Source: a virus (Duplodnaviria; Caudoviricetes). Taken from it: DNA of 64,000 bases. The notes under the pieces were generated by a model that saw nothing but the letters and a program-made list of their open reading frames with translations, made no database searches and had not been told where the DNA came from. Both the position numbers and the translations under genes were made by a program. The stretch is from IMG/VR virus record IMGVR_UViG_2871003000_000003, positions 1-64,000 of that record; one strand, 5' to 3'. Shown piece by piece: positions 10,604-21,650 of the stretch (its first letter is position 1; each line of letters starts with the position of its first letter).

Positions 10604-10840
10604 TTATTCACCAACTTTATTATTTGATTCTGCTTTGTCGATTGCAATTCCAAGAAGTGTTTTTAAGTAATGAATATCTTGAATTAATAAATCATTCTGC
10701 TCTTTTATTAAATCTCGATATTCAGAATAAGTGTTTCTAACTTTTACATTTGTCACAATATTTAAGATTTCAACAATTGCATATATCACAAATAAAATTG
10801 AAAAACTTAATACAATAACATTATCTACGTTCATTGTCAA
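10604..10840 (-). CDS. small membrane protein
   Basis: N-terminal hydrophobic helix. Confidence 0.55.
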   Translation of the reverse strand: MTMNVDNVIVLSFSILFVIYAIVEILNIVTNVKVRNTYSEYRDLIKEQNDLLIQDIHYLKTLLGIAIDKAESNNKVGE

Positions 10841-13100
10841 CTCTCCTTTTTAATAATTTCTGCATAGATGTATTTCTCGCTAAATTAGCTTTTTTCTTAA
10901 TAGCTCTGTTCACAGTTGTTACATCTCCAAAATGAAAACACCGTTCTTTCATTCGTGTGAGTCCTACGTAAATCAAATTTGAATTTAGCATATATGTATG
11001 TGCTGATGGAGTAATCAAAATAACTACTTTTATACTACTTCCTTGAGATTTATGAATAGTAATGCAGTATCCCAATCCACACATTTGCATTGCACTTCTA
11101 TCGTACTCAACCAGAACATCGTCAAATTCAATAACAACCTTGTTTTGAGTTATCTCTCTAATTTTTCCGGTTTCACCATTTGCAATAAAAGTTTCTTTCG
11201 GAGCATCTTCTGAAACAAAATCATCTTCGTAATAAATCATTGCGTGATAATTATTTACATTTTGAATAATTATGTCATCTTTATAGTAGACTACATCACC
11301 TATTTTCATATAAGATTGGCTTCCATAATTTTTATTCGCTATTTTCTGTAGCTGATTATTAATTTCTACCTGACCAAAATCGCCTTTTTTATAAGAAGTC
11401 AACACTTGAATATCGTCCACTGTGTAATTTGTAGACAATAGTTTCTTATATAAAGCTATTACATTTTTTACAAGTACGCTTGAGCCAACATTAATAAAAG
11501 CATAGTCTTTGTTTTCTCCAAAATATGTACACTGCTGTTTTACATCTTCAAGATATGTCTTACATTGTCTTACATCTGTTGCAATTTTCATCAAACCACC
11601 TTCGCCATATCTAAACACTTTAGTAAGCGTGACCGTTGGAATCAATTTTGACTGCATAAAATCATGTAACAAATTTCCACATGAAACAGATGGTAACTGT
11701 GCGTTGTCTCCAATCATAAGTAATTTTGTATGTTTAAAGTCAACCGCATCTACAACATGCTTAAACAGATTTAAATCAACCATAGAAAACTCGTCTATAA
11801 TCAGAACATCACAAGTCATTTTTGCCTCTTCGTTGTATCCCCAATTGTTAGGCGGCATATACCCAAGACCTCTATGAATTGTACTTGCATGTTCATTTGT
11901 ATTTTCTGACAAGACTTTCGCAGCTTTTCCAGTAGGGGAAAACAGTTCATATGATTTATTATTGTCTTTTAACATATGTATAATTGCTTGTGTAGAAAAT
12001 GTTTTTCCTGTACCGCCGGATCCATTTAGAATACAAATATTATATTTACATATGTATTCAAGAATCTTTATTTGTTCATCTGATAACTCACAATCATTAT
12101 TAATGATTCTATATTTCTCGATATCGTAATCCCATGAAATATTGTTCTTTAATCCATCAATTATCGTTTCTGCAATAGCGCTCTCTGTTTCGTATGTAGA
12201 TTTCAATGATACACACATTGTATCTTTATCGTAAATAATGCTTTCATGTTTGATGCAATCAACAAACAAGTCAGAACAAGCTGGGGTTAGTTTCATACAT
12301 TGATTTCTTAAATCAACAATATTCATTACTGTATGTCCATCATTTTCATTCTCTTCCAATAAATACAACACACATGACAAACATCTTTGCTTACTCGTTT
12401 TTAAATCACAAGAAAATTCTATAATCGGGGTTTTACCATTTTTAATGTTGTTTATAGATTCTCTTTCTAGCTCTAGCAGAATAGAATCCGCTGTTTTAAA
12501 ACCAACTCTTGCTAATCCACATAAACACTTATACGGATCTTCTCTCATTTTTTGTTTTATCATTTGTACAGACGAGTATTTTTCATGCAGTTTTTTTACC
12601 ATAGATAGAGTTAGCATTCCTTGAAATTCCGTAACAATTTCTGCAAGACAAAAATTCTCAACAATCTTATTTTTGATTACTTCAAACGTATACTCTTTGA
12701 TACCTGGCGTTTTGTTTAAATCAATATCCTCTAATCTATTATTGATTACCCTATCTACAATGTCTGGATAAACCTCGCATAGAACATCGGCTTGATTTTC
12801 TGTGAGAATTTCTCTTAAAAAGATATATGTTTCTTCGGCGCTCGTTGGTCTATCTCTCTTAATGTTTGTTACCTTGTAACCGTATCCATATTTAGATAAC
12901 TGTTCAACTGCAGCAACTTCATAATTTGATCCAATACCAAGTTCGTGAATCTCACCTGTTAAAGTAACATTGCCATATTTTGTGAGCTTTATATCCGGAT
13001 ATTTATTTTTGTCAACATCAACGGCGTAGATTTTAAAATCTCCACCGTCATATGTCTTTCTAACCACAGAACATTTAAATTTAACTTCTTTTTTATCCAT
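10821..13100 (-). CDS. RecD2-like SF1B helicase
   Basis: GSGGTGKT, SPTGKAA, IIDEFSM, GDNAQL, TIHKSQGS, YVGLTR. Confidence 0.93.
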   Translation of the reverse strand: MDKKEVKFKCSVVRKTYDGGDFKIYAVDVDKNKYPDIKLTKYGNVTLTGEIHELGIGSNYEVAAVEQLSKYGYGYKVTNIKRDRPTSAEETYIFLREILTENQADVLCEVYPDIVDRVINNRLEDIDLNKTPGIKEYTFEVIKNKIVENFCLAEIVTEFQGMLTLSMVKKLHEKYSSVQMIKQKMREDPYKCLCGLARVGFKTADSILLELERESINNIKNGKTPIIEFSCDLKTSKQRCLSCVLYLLEENENDGHTVMNIVDLRNQCMKLTPACSDLFVDCIKHESIIYDKDTMCVSLKSTYETESAIAETIIDGLKNNISWDYDIEKYRIINNDCELSDEQIKILEYICKYNICILNGSGGTGKTFSTQAIIHMLKDNNKSYELFSPTGKAAKVLSENTNEHASTIHRGLGYMPPNNWGYNEEAKMTCDVLIIDEFSMVDLNLFKHVVDAVDFKHTKLLMIGDNAQLPSVSCGNLLHDFMQSKLIPTVTLTKVFRYGEGGLMKIATDVRQCKTYLEDVKQQCTYFGENKDYAFINVGSSVLVKNVIALYKKLLSTNYTVDDIQVLTSYKKGDFGQVEINNQLQKIANKNYGSQSYMKIGDVVYYKDDIIIQNVNNYHAMIYYEDDFVSEDAPKETFIANGETGKIREITQNKVVIEFDDVLVEYDRSAMQMCGLGYCITIHKSQGSSIKVVILITPSAHTYMLNSNLIYVGLTRMKERCFHFGDVTTVNRAIKKKANLARNTSMQKLLKRRVDNERR

Positions 13101-13109
13101 AATTTTTCA

Positions 13110-16100
13110 TCACCTAATCACCTCATACTCTGTAAGGATATCTTCTAATTCGTCTGTCGCTTCCCACTTACCTTCTGCATTTGGTCGTTTCTTAAACTCT
13201 TGAGCGAAGTCATTTATTTTAAGAACAGACCACTGACCAAATGGGTCTTCCTTGAAAATTCTTCCTTGCTTAATTCGGGTTTTAATTTCTTTGCCAGTTC
13301 TAATTTGTCTCGCTGTAATATATGGTTTTGTCGTATCTTTGTAAGTTTTGAAATCTGTAACCATATAATAAAGTGGAGAAACACTTTCGTTGGTATATAC
13401 GATATACTCAAGATATTCTTTCTCAAATTTCATAGATTCAATAATACCCATTTTTTTATTCTCTACGTGACTACAAAGTTCTTCTATCAAACCTACATTA
13501 TCTATATCCTTATATAATGAAGCTGTTTCTTTACCAGAGTATTTTTTCATCAAAAACTCTGTTAATCCTAATGAGTCAAGTTTCTTTTTACTGATTTGTT
13601 TACATTTTGAAAACTTTTCATAGATATCAATAACATTTAGTAAATATTTATTACCTCCAAATTCACTAAAGAAATTTAGACCAGTAAGGATTGTAAGTTG
13701 TTTAGAATTGACTGATGTTTTCTTCTTAATGTCGTCTAATACTTCTACAAAGGTGTTATATTTATTTTTACTACCAAGTTCATATAATTCTGTGGCTATT
13801 TTTTCATTACAATACTTAATAGATGAAATAGACTTATATATTGTGTTTGTTTCTTTATCTGACGTATATTCATTCTTTGATTTTCCGAATTTAATACCCT
13901 CTAATGTAATACCAAAATAATCTAATTCAGCAATAATACGGCTAGTTTTTTCGTTATCTGATTTGTATTCATTCAACACTGTTTCAAAATACTCTAATGG
14001 ATGATGTGATTTTGCTTCAGCACCATATAGGCTATCGTATGCTACTGATACTGCATGTGAAGCATTAAAGCTGTATCTAGCCGCATCATCTACTACTTGC
14101 CAAACTTCATCAAATCCTTTTTCTGTTCCTAGATTCTTTTTATATCCATGCAACAATTCTTGTCTTAACTCTTCTTTTGCATCATCTGTAAATTTTTTCT
14201 TACTAATCTTTTTAATGATGTCATATGTATGATCCTCTTTCATGCCGCACCATACTAAAAATGCCATAATAGATTCTTGGTATAACATAAAATGATAACT
14301 CGGTGCCAATATTTCATCGATTTCTTTTACACCCGTAGTATATTTTTTTCTATTTAGAAATGTATTTACCAAGCTTGCAAACCCAGGTCTAATTGCAGCT
14401 ACAAAAGCACTCATTTCTGCATCTGTTTTTGGTTTATATTTTTTTAACATTGACGTGGAAATCTCTGTATCAGCTTGATTTAATGTTGATGTCATACCAT
14501 CTTCATATAATTTCCATGTATTTTCATCTATTTTATTTAATAGTTCACGAATATTAGGAATTGGTTGTTTAATTCTTTTATAAAAATTTGAAATTATACG
14601 CCATACTGTTACAGTAAGGTAATCGTTTTTAAGATATTTCCATACATCAGATGTATATCCATCAATACATGCACATAATTCTCCACCTATCTTAATTAAA
14701 CCTAATTCTCTAGATAAAGGTTTATTTGACAAAACAAAACTGCACGGACTTGGTGAAATACTTTCAATTGTACCAATATACTTCTGTGATTCTTCAATAA
14801 TATTTTTCCATTTCTTATCTTCTCTATATGCATCAATATTTTTAGCGACTTCGTTATACTCATGCATTGGAAATTCATATGCTCTACAAAGATTTCTAAA
14901 TGCTGATGATTCCTTCATAGTACCTAGTGCATACATATAATAAACACCATCATCACCTAATAATTCTTTTGAGGCTTTAATTGGTGCATCAACCTGTGCC
15001 CAATTCTGATCTATATCTGGTAAAGATCTTGTTTCTAAAATTCTAGCAGTACTCATGAACCTAGTTGGATATAATGGTACGGGTGCTGCAAATCTATCAA
15101 TTTCAGTAAATCCAAGTAACTTATTAATATAGAAAGAAACTGCTGATCCCCTACCTGTTCTTGATAAAACTCCACCATATTTTCTCTTCGCAAGATCTAC
15201 CATTTTTTCATTAAATAAAAAATAGTCAGACATTTTAGTATCTTTTATTATTTTATATTCATATGCAATTCCCTTTTTATACTCTTCCCATCTTGATTTA
15301 TCAACATTTACCTTTTCATTATCCCATTTACTACATATATGCTTTGCAAGTTCCTTATCTTTTTCTTCTTGCGTATATCCTGGATAAATAGTTGGCATTT
15401 TAATTTCCTTATCAAAATATAATTTTTCACATTCATCAAAAATTAGTGTATTTTGTAATGCTTCTTCAATTTGCCAATCTGATAAGATTCCTTGTTTCTT
15501 ATATCGTTCTACAATTGTGTCATAATCAGGAAAATCAAGAATAAAACTATCTTCATCACCATAGTTCATTCCTTTACCTTTTAAAAATTTTAGCCTATCT
15601 TTTGACTGTTCCGGATAAATATAGTGACTATCATTTGCATGTATTAGCTTTAATCCATAATGCTGTTTCAACAACAGCATATTTTTATTATGATTAGTCT
15701 GTATATCATATTGATGATTTTGCACTTCTAAATAAAAATTTTTATTAAAATGTCCATATATAGTCTCAAACATAACTTTCATATCATTGCTTGGTCTCAA
15801 TATTCCGCCTACACAAGCTGAGGTTATAATGAAGTTGTTTGGATTTAATCTTTTAATTAACTCTATATCAATCCTTGGTTTGTAATAAAAACCTGTTTTA
15901 TTACTTTCCGACATAATTTCATTTAATTCATAAAATCCATCTTGATTTTTTGCTACAATTACAACATGATAATTTGAATTATCTTTTTCTTTTCTGTCTT
16001 TTACCATATATAATTCTGCAGCATATATCATTTTCAAATTATTTTTTTCACATAAATCATATGCCTCTAAATATTTTCCAGTCCATCCATGTTGAGTCGT

Positions 16101-16223
16101 AAAATAGTTTTTACAGCCTAATTCTAAACTTCTAGAAATATAATCTGTATTTTTTACAACACAATCTAATGTTGTAATATTACTTTCATGACAATGTTTA
16201 TGATAATTTTCGTATCTCTTCAT
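13110..16223 (-). CDS. dnaE: DNA polymerase III alpha subunit (phage DnaE)
   Basis: PHP domain (NYHKH, NDSHY), GRGSA, PDID, YQE, YSFNASHA. Confidence 0.95.
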   Translation of the reverse strand: MKRYENYHKHCHESNITTLDCVVKNTDYISRSLELGCKNYFTTQHGWTGKYLEAYDLCEKNNLKMIYAAELYMVKDRKEKDNSNYHVVIVAKNQDGFYELNEIMSESNKTGFYYKPRIDIELIKRLNPNNFIITSACVGGILRPSNDMKVMFETIYGHFNKNFYLEVQNHQYDIQTNHNKNMLLLKQHYGLKLIHANDSHYIYPEQSKDRLKFLKGKGMNYGDEDSFILDFPDYDTIVERYKKQGILSDWQIEEALQNTLIFDECEKLYFDKEIKMPTIYPGYTQEEKDKELAKHICSKWDNEKVNVDKSRWEEYKKGIAYEYKIIKDTKMSDYFLFNEKMVDLAKRKYGGVLSRTGRGSAVSFYINKLLGFTEIDRFAAPVPLYPTRFMSTARILETRSLPDIDQNWAQVDAPIKASKELLGDDGVYYMYALGTMKESSAFRNLCRAYEFPMHEYNEVAKNIDAYREDKKWKNIIEESQKYIGTIESISPSPCSFVLSNKPLSRELGLIKIGGELCACIDGYTSDVWKYLKNDYLTVTVWRIISNFYKRIKQPIPNIRELLNKIDENTWKLYEDGMTSTLNQADTEISTSMLKKYKPKTDAEMSAFVAAIRPGFASLVNTFLNRKKYTTGVKEIDEILAPSYHFMLYQESIMAFLVWCGMKEDHTYDIIKKISKKKFTDDAKEELRQELLHGYKKNLGTEKGFDEVWQVVDDAARYSFNASHAVSVAYDSLYGAEAKSHHPLEYFETVLNEYKSDNEKTSRIIAELDYFGITLEGIKFGKSKNEYTSDKETNTIYKSISSIKYCNEKIATELYELGSKNKYNTFVEVLDDIKKKTSVNSKQLTILTGLNFFSEFGGNKYLLNVIDIYEKFSKCKQISKKKLDSLGLTEFLMKKYSGKETASLYKDIDNVGLIEELCSHVENKKMGIIESMKFEKEYLEYIVYTNESVSPLYYMVTDFKTYKDTTKPYITARQIRTGKEIKTRIKQGRIFKEDPFGQWSVLKINDFAQEFKKRPNAEGKWEATDELEDILTEYEVIR

Positions 16224-17320
16224 ATTTTCGTCCCATTCTTACTTAATAAGTTGCTAATTACAAGATTGTTTACATTTTTTTCACATAAATTTAATGTATA
16301 TGGAATTCTTATTAAATCAATTTTGTGTTGCTTTAAAAGTTTGTCTTTTAATTTATCCCTAGCGCAAGAGTCAATGAAATCTTGTTCAGTTCTATGAAAA
16401 CTTGTATACATCTTGTAATGTTGTATTCCATCATATTCAATTGCTAAATTAAATTTATCTATATAGAAATCAACATATAAATTTTTTTGAGTTTTATCAT
16501 TTTTTAACCAACTCCATGTTTTTTCAGTTTCAATATTTTCATCTCCGAATAATAAATATAATATGCGTCTTAAAAGATTCGCTTTTACGCTCAAAGAATC
16601 TGAAAACAAATTTTCTTTATTAAGTAATTTACATAGTTCTTCTTTATCTTTTATATAATACTTCAACGCCTGGTAAGTAAAATCACATTCCTCATCTATC
16701 AATGTCTTGTTTATACATCCATATTTTTCATACACATTATTTAATTGCCTTAACATTTCATCAAATCCATAATCATGTGCAGTATATGGCAAATCCATTT
16801 CTTTCATCAGTCCTTTCCATGAACCAAATAATCGCTCAATGGTAGATTGTGAATATTTACCATCGCGTCTGTAAACAGTACTACTAACTTTTTTGTCTTT
16901 AAATATTTCTAAAACGTCATCTTTGATATCTTTTTTCGTAACATTCTTATACATATTAATAGGCAAATTAAGAGTTTCTAATGCTTTATTAAAAGATCCA
17001 TCAAAATGATCTTTAACGCAGGTAACAGAATATTTGCCGTATTTCTTATAACTTTCTGTACTTAAATATTGATGCTCATTAAATACCCTCAATAAATCTT
17101 GGACAACATCCTTATGATCAACTCTTTGGTGGAATGTAAATTGTATATTCAATTCCTTACATATCTTTTGGAGTCCTCCATGCTTATGTAAACAATAATC
17201 ACTTATTTCTATGTTAGATTCTTCCTTTAGAATTATCTTGTTCATTTTTTCGCATTTCTTATATACTCTAATAATTTCGTTGTACAACTCTTCTTTAGTT
17301 GGTACATAATTCTTCTCCAC
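16220..17320 (-). CDS. putative free-standing homing endonuclease
   Basis: Repeated GKYS...FGSW-type helical repeats plus C-terminal VDFYI..LAIEYDGIQH..RDKLK..LIRIPY nuclease domain. Confidence 0.7.
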   Translation of the reverse strand: MEKNYVPTKEELYNEIIRVYKKCEKMNKIILKEESNIEISDYCLHKHGGLQKICKELNIQFTFHQRVDHKDVVQDLLRVFNEHQYLSTESYKKYGKYSVTCVKDHFDGSFNKALETLNLPINMYKNVTKKDIKDDVLEIFKDKKVSSTVYRRDGKYSQSTIERLFGSWKGLMKEMDLPYTAHDYGFDEMLRQLNNVYEKYGCINKTLIDEECDFTYQALKYYIKDKEELCKLLNKENLFSDSLSVKANLLRRILYLLFGDENIETEKTWSWLKNDKTQKNLYVDFYIDKFNLAIEYDGIQHYKMYTSFHRTEQDFIDSCARDKLKDKLLKQHKIDLIRIPYTLNLCEKNVNNLVISNLLSKNGTKI

Positions 17321-17335
17321 TTACTCACCTCAGTT

Positions 17336-18547
17336 CTATAAATCATTTAACCAAGACATATCGTCCTCGCCCAGTATTTCGCCCTGTGTATTAGATGTAA
17401 TGTCCGCTCCAACACCTGCAAAAATATTATCTTGCTGCTCTTTCTTAGCATTTAGCTTATCCAAATATTTTTTATATGGTAGATGTACATTCGGAGAGTA
17501 AGCACACAATGTAGAAAAGTAATAGCTTTGTTTCTCTACCTGATCGTCTGAGTCCCAGAATTCATTTTCTGCTTCTGACAAATTATTGTCTTTCAGTTTC
17601 TGATATTTATTTTCTTTTTCTTCAATTTCGCAAATTGTGTCAATGATATCTGTCGTCCATTTATTCAAAAGCTCGTCTGTAATCGGAACTGTTACAATAC
17701 AATCATTCATTTTATATTTTTCTTGCACCTCTTCCGGAAGACATTTGATGTCATTTGTTTGCATAAGAAGATCAAGATACTCCAACTGTTTCTCCTCGTA
17801 TCCACATTTTTTTAACCACATCTTCACACTGGTCTGCAATTTCACACCAATCTGATTTCTTTCAATTTCTCTCGTTGTCCATTTCCCATTTGCTTGCTGA
17901 CAATCAATTGAGACATACTTTAGAAAATCCCATGAGATACGAATCTTATCCATTGGAATCCCCATTTGATTCAGAGCAATTGCATACACAATTAACTGTC
18001 CGCATTCGTTTTCTGCTTTTTTACCTTTGTAAATGGAACTTGTTTTCCAATCTAAGATATGATAATTACCGTCATCATCCTTATAAACAGCATCAATATA
18101 TCCCTGGAATACGTTGTTTCCAATTTTTGCAGTAACAAATCTTTCGATTTCCATATGCTGTTTAAACATTTTGTGATGATTAAAGAAATGCTTTAGACAT
18201 TCATAATATTTTTGTTTGACACTTTCATTTTTCTTTTCGTCATTTCTGTCAAATTTTAGATCCGCCACTTCTGCGGTTAACCAAGAGTCTTCAAATTTTT
18301 CATCCATTTCTTCATATTTAATATGTCCTAAATACAAGTTTTCCATAATATCATGTGACATCCCACCAGTTACCACATAAATACAATCATCTCTGTCTTC
18401 TGGAACATGCTTAATATATTTTAGATAGTACTCATATGGAGATGTATGGTATGCATTGAATTTAGACCAACTCCATAATCGATCAGTTTTGTAATAAGAC
18501 ATAATCTCTTTTAATTCTTCTCTTGTTTTTCTTCCTATGATAAACAC
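17336..18547 (-). CDS. PD-(D/E)XK (RecB/Cas4-like) exonuclease
   Basis: GYID, ILDWKT, QLIVYA. Confidence 0.8.
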   Translation of the reverse strand: MFIIGRKTREELKEIMSYYKTDRLWSWSKFNAYHTSPYEYYLKYIKHVPEDRDDCIYVVTGGMSHDIMENLYLGHIKYEEMDEKFEDSWLTAEVADLKFDRNDEKKNESVKQKYYECLKHFFNHHKMFKQHMEIERFVTAKIGNNVFQGYIDAVYKDDDGNYHILDWKTSSIYKGKKAENECGQLIVYAIALNQMGIPMDKIRISWDFLKYVSIDCQQANGKWTTREIERNQIGVKLQTSVKMWLKKCGYEEKQLEYLDLLMQTNDIKCLPEEVQEKYKMNDCIVTVPITDELLNKWTTDIIDTICEIEEKENKYQKLKDNNLSEAENEFWDSDDQVEKQSYYFSTLCAYSPNVHLPYKKYLDKLNAKKEQQDNIFAGVGADITSNTQGEILGEDDMSWLNDL

Positions 18548-19630
18548 CTACTTTCGTAACGATTTTAAATATTCTTTGTGTTCATGATCGTCATATACAG
18601 TCCTGTATTTCACCATGAACTCATATATCTGATTTCGCGCATCTGCTGGCGAATCTTTATCACCTATGATTCCCCATCTGTCGTACATATAGCTCACTTT
18701 TCTAATATGATAGAATTTCTCGCAGCAATGTCTTACATGATTAATATCAATATCCTTATCAAAACAGATAATTATTTCCTTATTTAAACCGATTAATATC
18801 CTTGCCTGTTCATCTGATATTTCATGTCCAGAAACAGCAACGCATGTCGAATCACAAAGACTGTCTCTTTTTAATACAGATTTTTCACTTTCTACAACCA
18901 CGACATAATTTGATTTTTCAATCGACTCTCTATTTTCATATAAACCATATAAGTTGATTTGCTTTGGATATCCTGGAGTAATGTAATATTTTTTGATATC
19001 GAATAGATCATAATTTTCAACCGTTGTCCTCATGTTGTATCCCATTAACTCGCCGGTAAGCCAATACCGTAATGGAATTACATTTCTCTTGTATTTATAG
19101 CTGTATCCAAGACTAAATTTTTTGACCGTCCACGGCATGACACCTTCTTTATACCAGTCTATATGTATATAAGGAACAAATGTATCAAGCTCTTTCTCAT
19201 CACGCACTTCAAAATCAAGTACATTAACCTTTTTTCGCCTTGTTTTAACCTTTTTAAATATCTGTAATGGGTCTATTTTTTCTTTTTTCTTTTCTTCCCT
19301 TTTGAATGAAAGTTCAAGATCTAAAATCTTGTGTAAATTTTTCACAGCTTCCCATGTCGTATGCTTCTTATGTTTGGCATATAAATTGTATTGAACGAGT
19401 GTGATTATGTCTGATTTATCATCAAAAAATGTTTCCCTTGTATAATCTGTGACATTTAAATATTCGTTATTTTTTACAGTCACACATGATTTGTTGTCGC
19501 CATCTATATTTCCGCACGAATAATATTCTTTGTTTTGATGGTAAACAATGTGGTGACAACCTATCTCCTGCAACACAAACTCAATCTTATTTTCTTTATA
19601 TATGTAAGTTTTTAATTCGCTAATCGTCAC
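18548..19630 (-). CDS. DNA primase (TOPRIM)
   Basis: LYGL, VVVESEKS, FDKD, KDSPAD; adjacent to the helicase. Confidence 0.8.
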   Translation of the reverse strand: MTISELKTYIYKENKIEFVLQEIGCHHIVYHQNKEYYSCGNIDGDNKSCVTVKNNEYLNVTDYTRETFFDDKSDIITLVQYNLYAKHKKHTTWEAVKNLHKILDLELSFKREEKKKEKIDPLQIFKKVKTRRKKVNVLDFEVRDEKELDTFVPYIHIDWYKEGVMPWTVKKFSLGYSYKYKRNVIPLRYWLTGELMGYNMRTTVENYDLFDIKKYYITPGYPKQINLYGLYENRESIEKSNYVVVVESEKSVLKRDSLCDSTCVAVSGHEISDEQARILIGLNKEIIICFDKDIDINHVRHCCEKFYHIRKVSYMYDRWGIIGDKDSPADARNQIYEFMVKYRTVYDDHEHKEYLKSLRK

Positions 19631-19649
19631 AACACTGTTTACCGCCTTT

Positions 19650-21149
19650 CTAAAAGTCTACTGGAACATTTGTTATTCCAACCTCTTTGATAATATTTCT
19701 GGACATATCATGCTCGATTACTACCTGATATCTATTTGCCGAACCTTCACGATTCTTAATAATAAATAGAATCTGATAATGTTTGTCCTTATCTAGTTTT
19801 ACCGGAATTTTCGTCTTTCCATTTTTACCTTCTAATTTATATACTCTTAATTCTCTCTTTTCCCCTGTATATTCATCATCGTATAAATCACGAATCATGA
19901 TACATGTTGATGCAACATCAATGATATTTTTAGACATCCCGATATTATCCTGTGTATAATACCTTTGCTTCACACTACCCTTTGCCAACTGAAATGTAAT
20001 TAAAATATGAAGGTTTTTCGCCTCTGGCTTAATAACATCATTAATCTTTACCATGTTCTGTTGCATTTCAAGCCATGATTTTTCACTTACATTCCCTGCG
20101 TCAAGTTTAAATGTATCCAAAAGAAAATACTTAACTCCCATACTTGAGTATTTCTTTATTGTTTTTATCGCATTTTCTGTTTTATATTGTTGGAATGGAA
20201 GAATTGTAATAATATGATTGTCTGTTTGTTCTTTTAGCCAATCTGCTGCCTTGTATAGAATTGCCTTTGTTCCTTTTTCAAAATGTCCATCTCTTACAAC
20301 ATGCTTCTGTAGATCATCTTTAATGATATTATTTGCTACAAATACAAGAAGTTCCCTCTGCCACTTTCCTAAACCGTCCTCATTAACAATGATTACAATT
20401 CTTTCTTTTTCTTTTATGGCTGTTGGGATAACTGCATTTCTTGCAAACGTTGATTTTCCAACGTTACTCAAACCGCCAACCAATGTAATACTACCCAGAT
20501 ATTGACCACCGGTTTCTTTCGTAATAATATCCATATTGTTATATGGAAGACCGACTGCATACCCCTCGTCCAATTTCTCAATTAACTCGTATATTCCGTC
20601 ACAAATGTCGTAACTTTTTACATCGTAATCAATGTTTGAAAAAATATCGTTGAGCTGCGCTTCCCACTCATTGTAAATTTCCTCCGCGGTCATATCACAA
20701 TAATCACTTAATCTGTCATTAACTGCGCAACGCATCTTTGCCAATTTAATTACGCTATTCCATTTACGAAGTTCGTCAATATATCCGTAAAGATTTTCTG
20801 ATTTTACATATCCACCTGCTGCTTCAATAGTTTCATATCCGCCATACTCGTCATATTTTTCTCTTAACTTCGGATGTTTCTCAAGATACAACCCAACAGT
20901 AATTTCATCTAACGTTTTTTTCTTTTCTACCTTTATAATGTCATCCGCAATTGTCCAGTAAACTCTCCAAACATTATTGCCAAACTCTTCTAAATGCAAA
21001 TTTGTCTCATAAATCAAATCTGAATTTTTGTATAAAATCGCAACAATATTTGCCTCATCAGCTTCTTTATATTTGTTTACTTGTTTGATAGTTTCAATTA
21101 ATTCCTTTTCAAATGGTGTTAATTTTTTTGCGTTTGTTTTTGTTGCCAT
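19650..21149 (-). CDS. DnaB-like replicative helicase
   Basis: GGLSNVGKS Walker A, LLDTFK, TFQL, KNREG. Confidence 0.88.
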   Translation of the reverse strand: MATKTNAKKLTPFEKELIETIKQVNKYKEADEANIVAILYKNSDLIYETNLHLEEFGNNVWRVYWTIADDIIKVEKKKTLDEITVGLYLEKHPKLREKYDEYGGYETIEAAGGYVKSENLYGYIDELRKWNSVIKLAKMRCAVNDRLSDYCDMTAEEIYNEWEAQLNDIFSNIDYDVKSYDICDGIYELIEKLDEGYAVGLPYNNMDIITKETGGQYLGSITLVGGLSNVGKSTFARNAVIPTAIKEKERIVIIVNEDGLGKWQRELLVFVANNIIKDDLQKHVVRDGHFEKGTKAILYKAADWLKEQTDNHIITILPFQQYKTENAIKTIKKYSSMGVKYFLLDTFKLDAGNVSEKSWLEMQQNMVKINDVIKPEAKNLHILITFQLAKGSVKQRYYTQDNIGMSKNIIDVASTCIMIRDLYDDEYTGEKRELRVYKLEGKNGKTKIPVKLDKDKHYQILFIIKNREGSANRYQVVIEHDMSRNIIKEVGITNVPVDF

Positions 21150-21164
21150 TTGTTAATACGCTCC

Positions 21165-21638
21165 TTACCATAAATTTTTCAATTTGTCGTTCTTCAATTC
21201 TTTGGTCTTTGTTTGGTAATGAGCTGCTTTATGCGTCAGAATTTCAGTATCCATATTTTCGACTTTTTCATCGTTGCGTTCTTTTCTTTTAACCATCTCA
21301 TAAACGTCATTAATATTGTTTTTTACAATTGCACAAATGTAATTAACCTTTTGCATTTCTGACTCAAATGTTTTTCCAGATAATGCAGCCAATATTCTTG
21401 GTCTGCATATCTGGAATGTGTATAAAATGATTTTGTATGGATACTCAGCCTGATTTTCAATAAGTCTATTTTCGATAAACTTTCCCGTTCTTATCCCTTT
21501 TAATTTTCTGCAAATGTTTTGCGGAATGTTTTGATTATCGTCGTAAAATAAGATCTCTTTTTTTACATAGTTATACAATTCACTCCACTCTTTTTTCTCA
21601 ACTTCTGTCATCTTTATCGGTTCAGGCTTTACTCTCAT
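21165..21638 (-). CDS. conserved phage replication-module protein
   Basis: ORF in the typical position between ATPase and helicase. Confidence 0.65.
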   Translation of the reverse strand: MRVKPEPIKMTEVEKKEWSELYNYVKKEILFYDDNQNIPQNICRKLKGIRTGKFIENRLIENQAEYPYKIILYTFQICRPRILAALSGKTFESEMQKVNYICAIVKNNINDVYEMVKRKERNDEKVENMDTEILTHKAAHYQTKTKELKNDKLKNLW

Positions 21639-21650
21639 TACATCACCACC

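Noticed and set aside
17336-18547. Cas4 belonging to the CRISPR locus
   Set aside because: 43 kb away, embedded in the replication operon, and lacks a clear four-Cys Fe-S set
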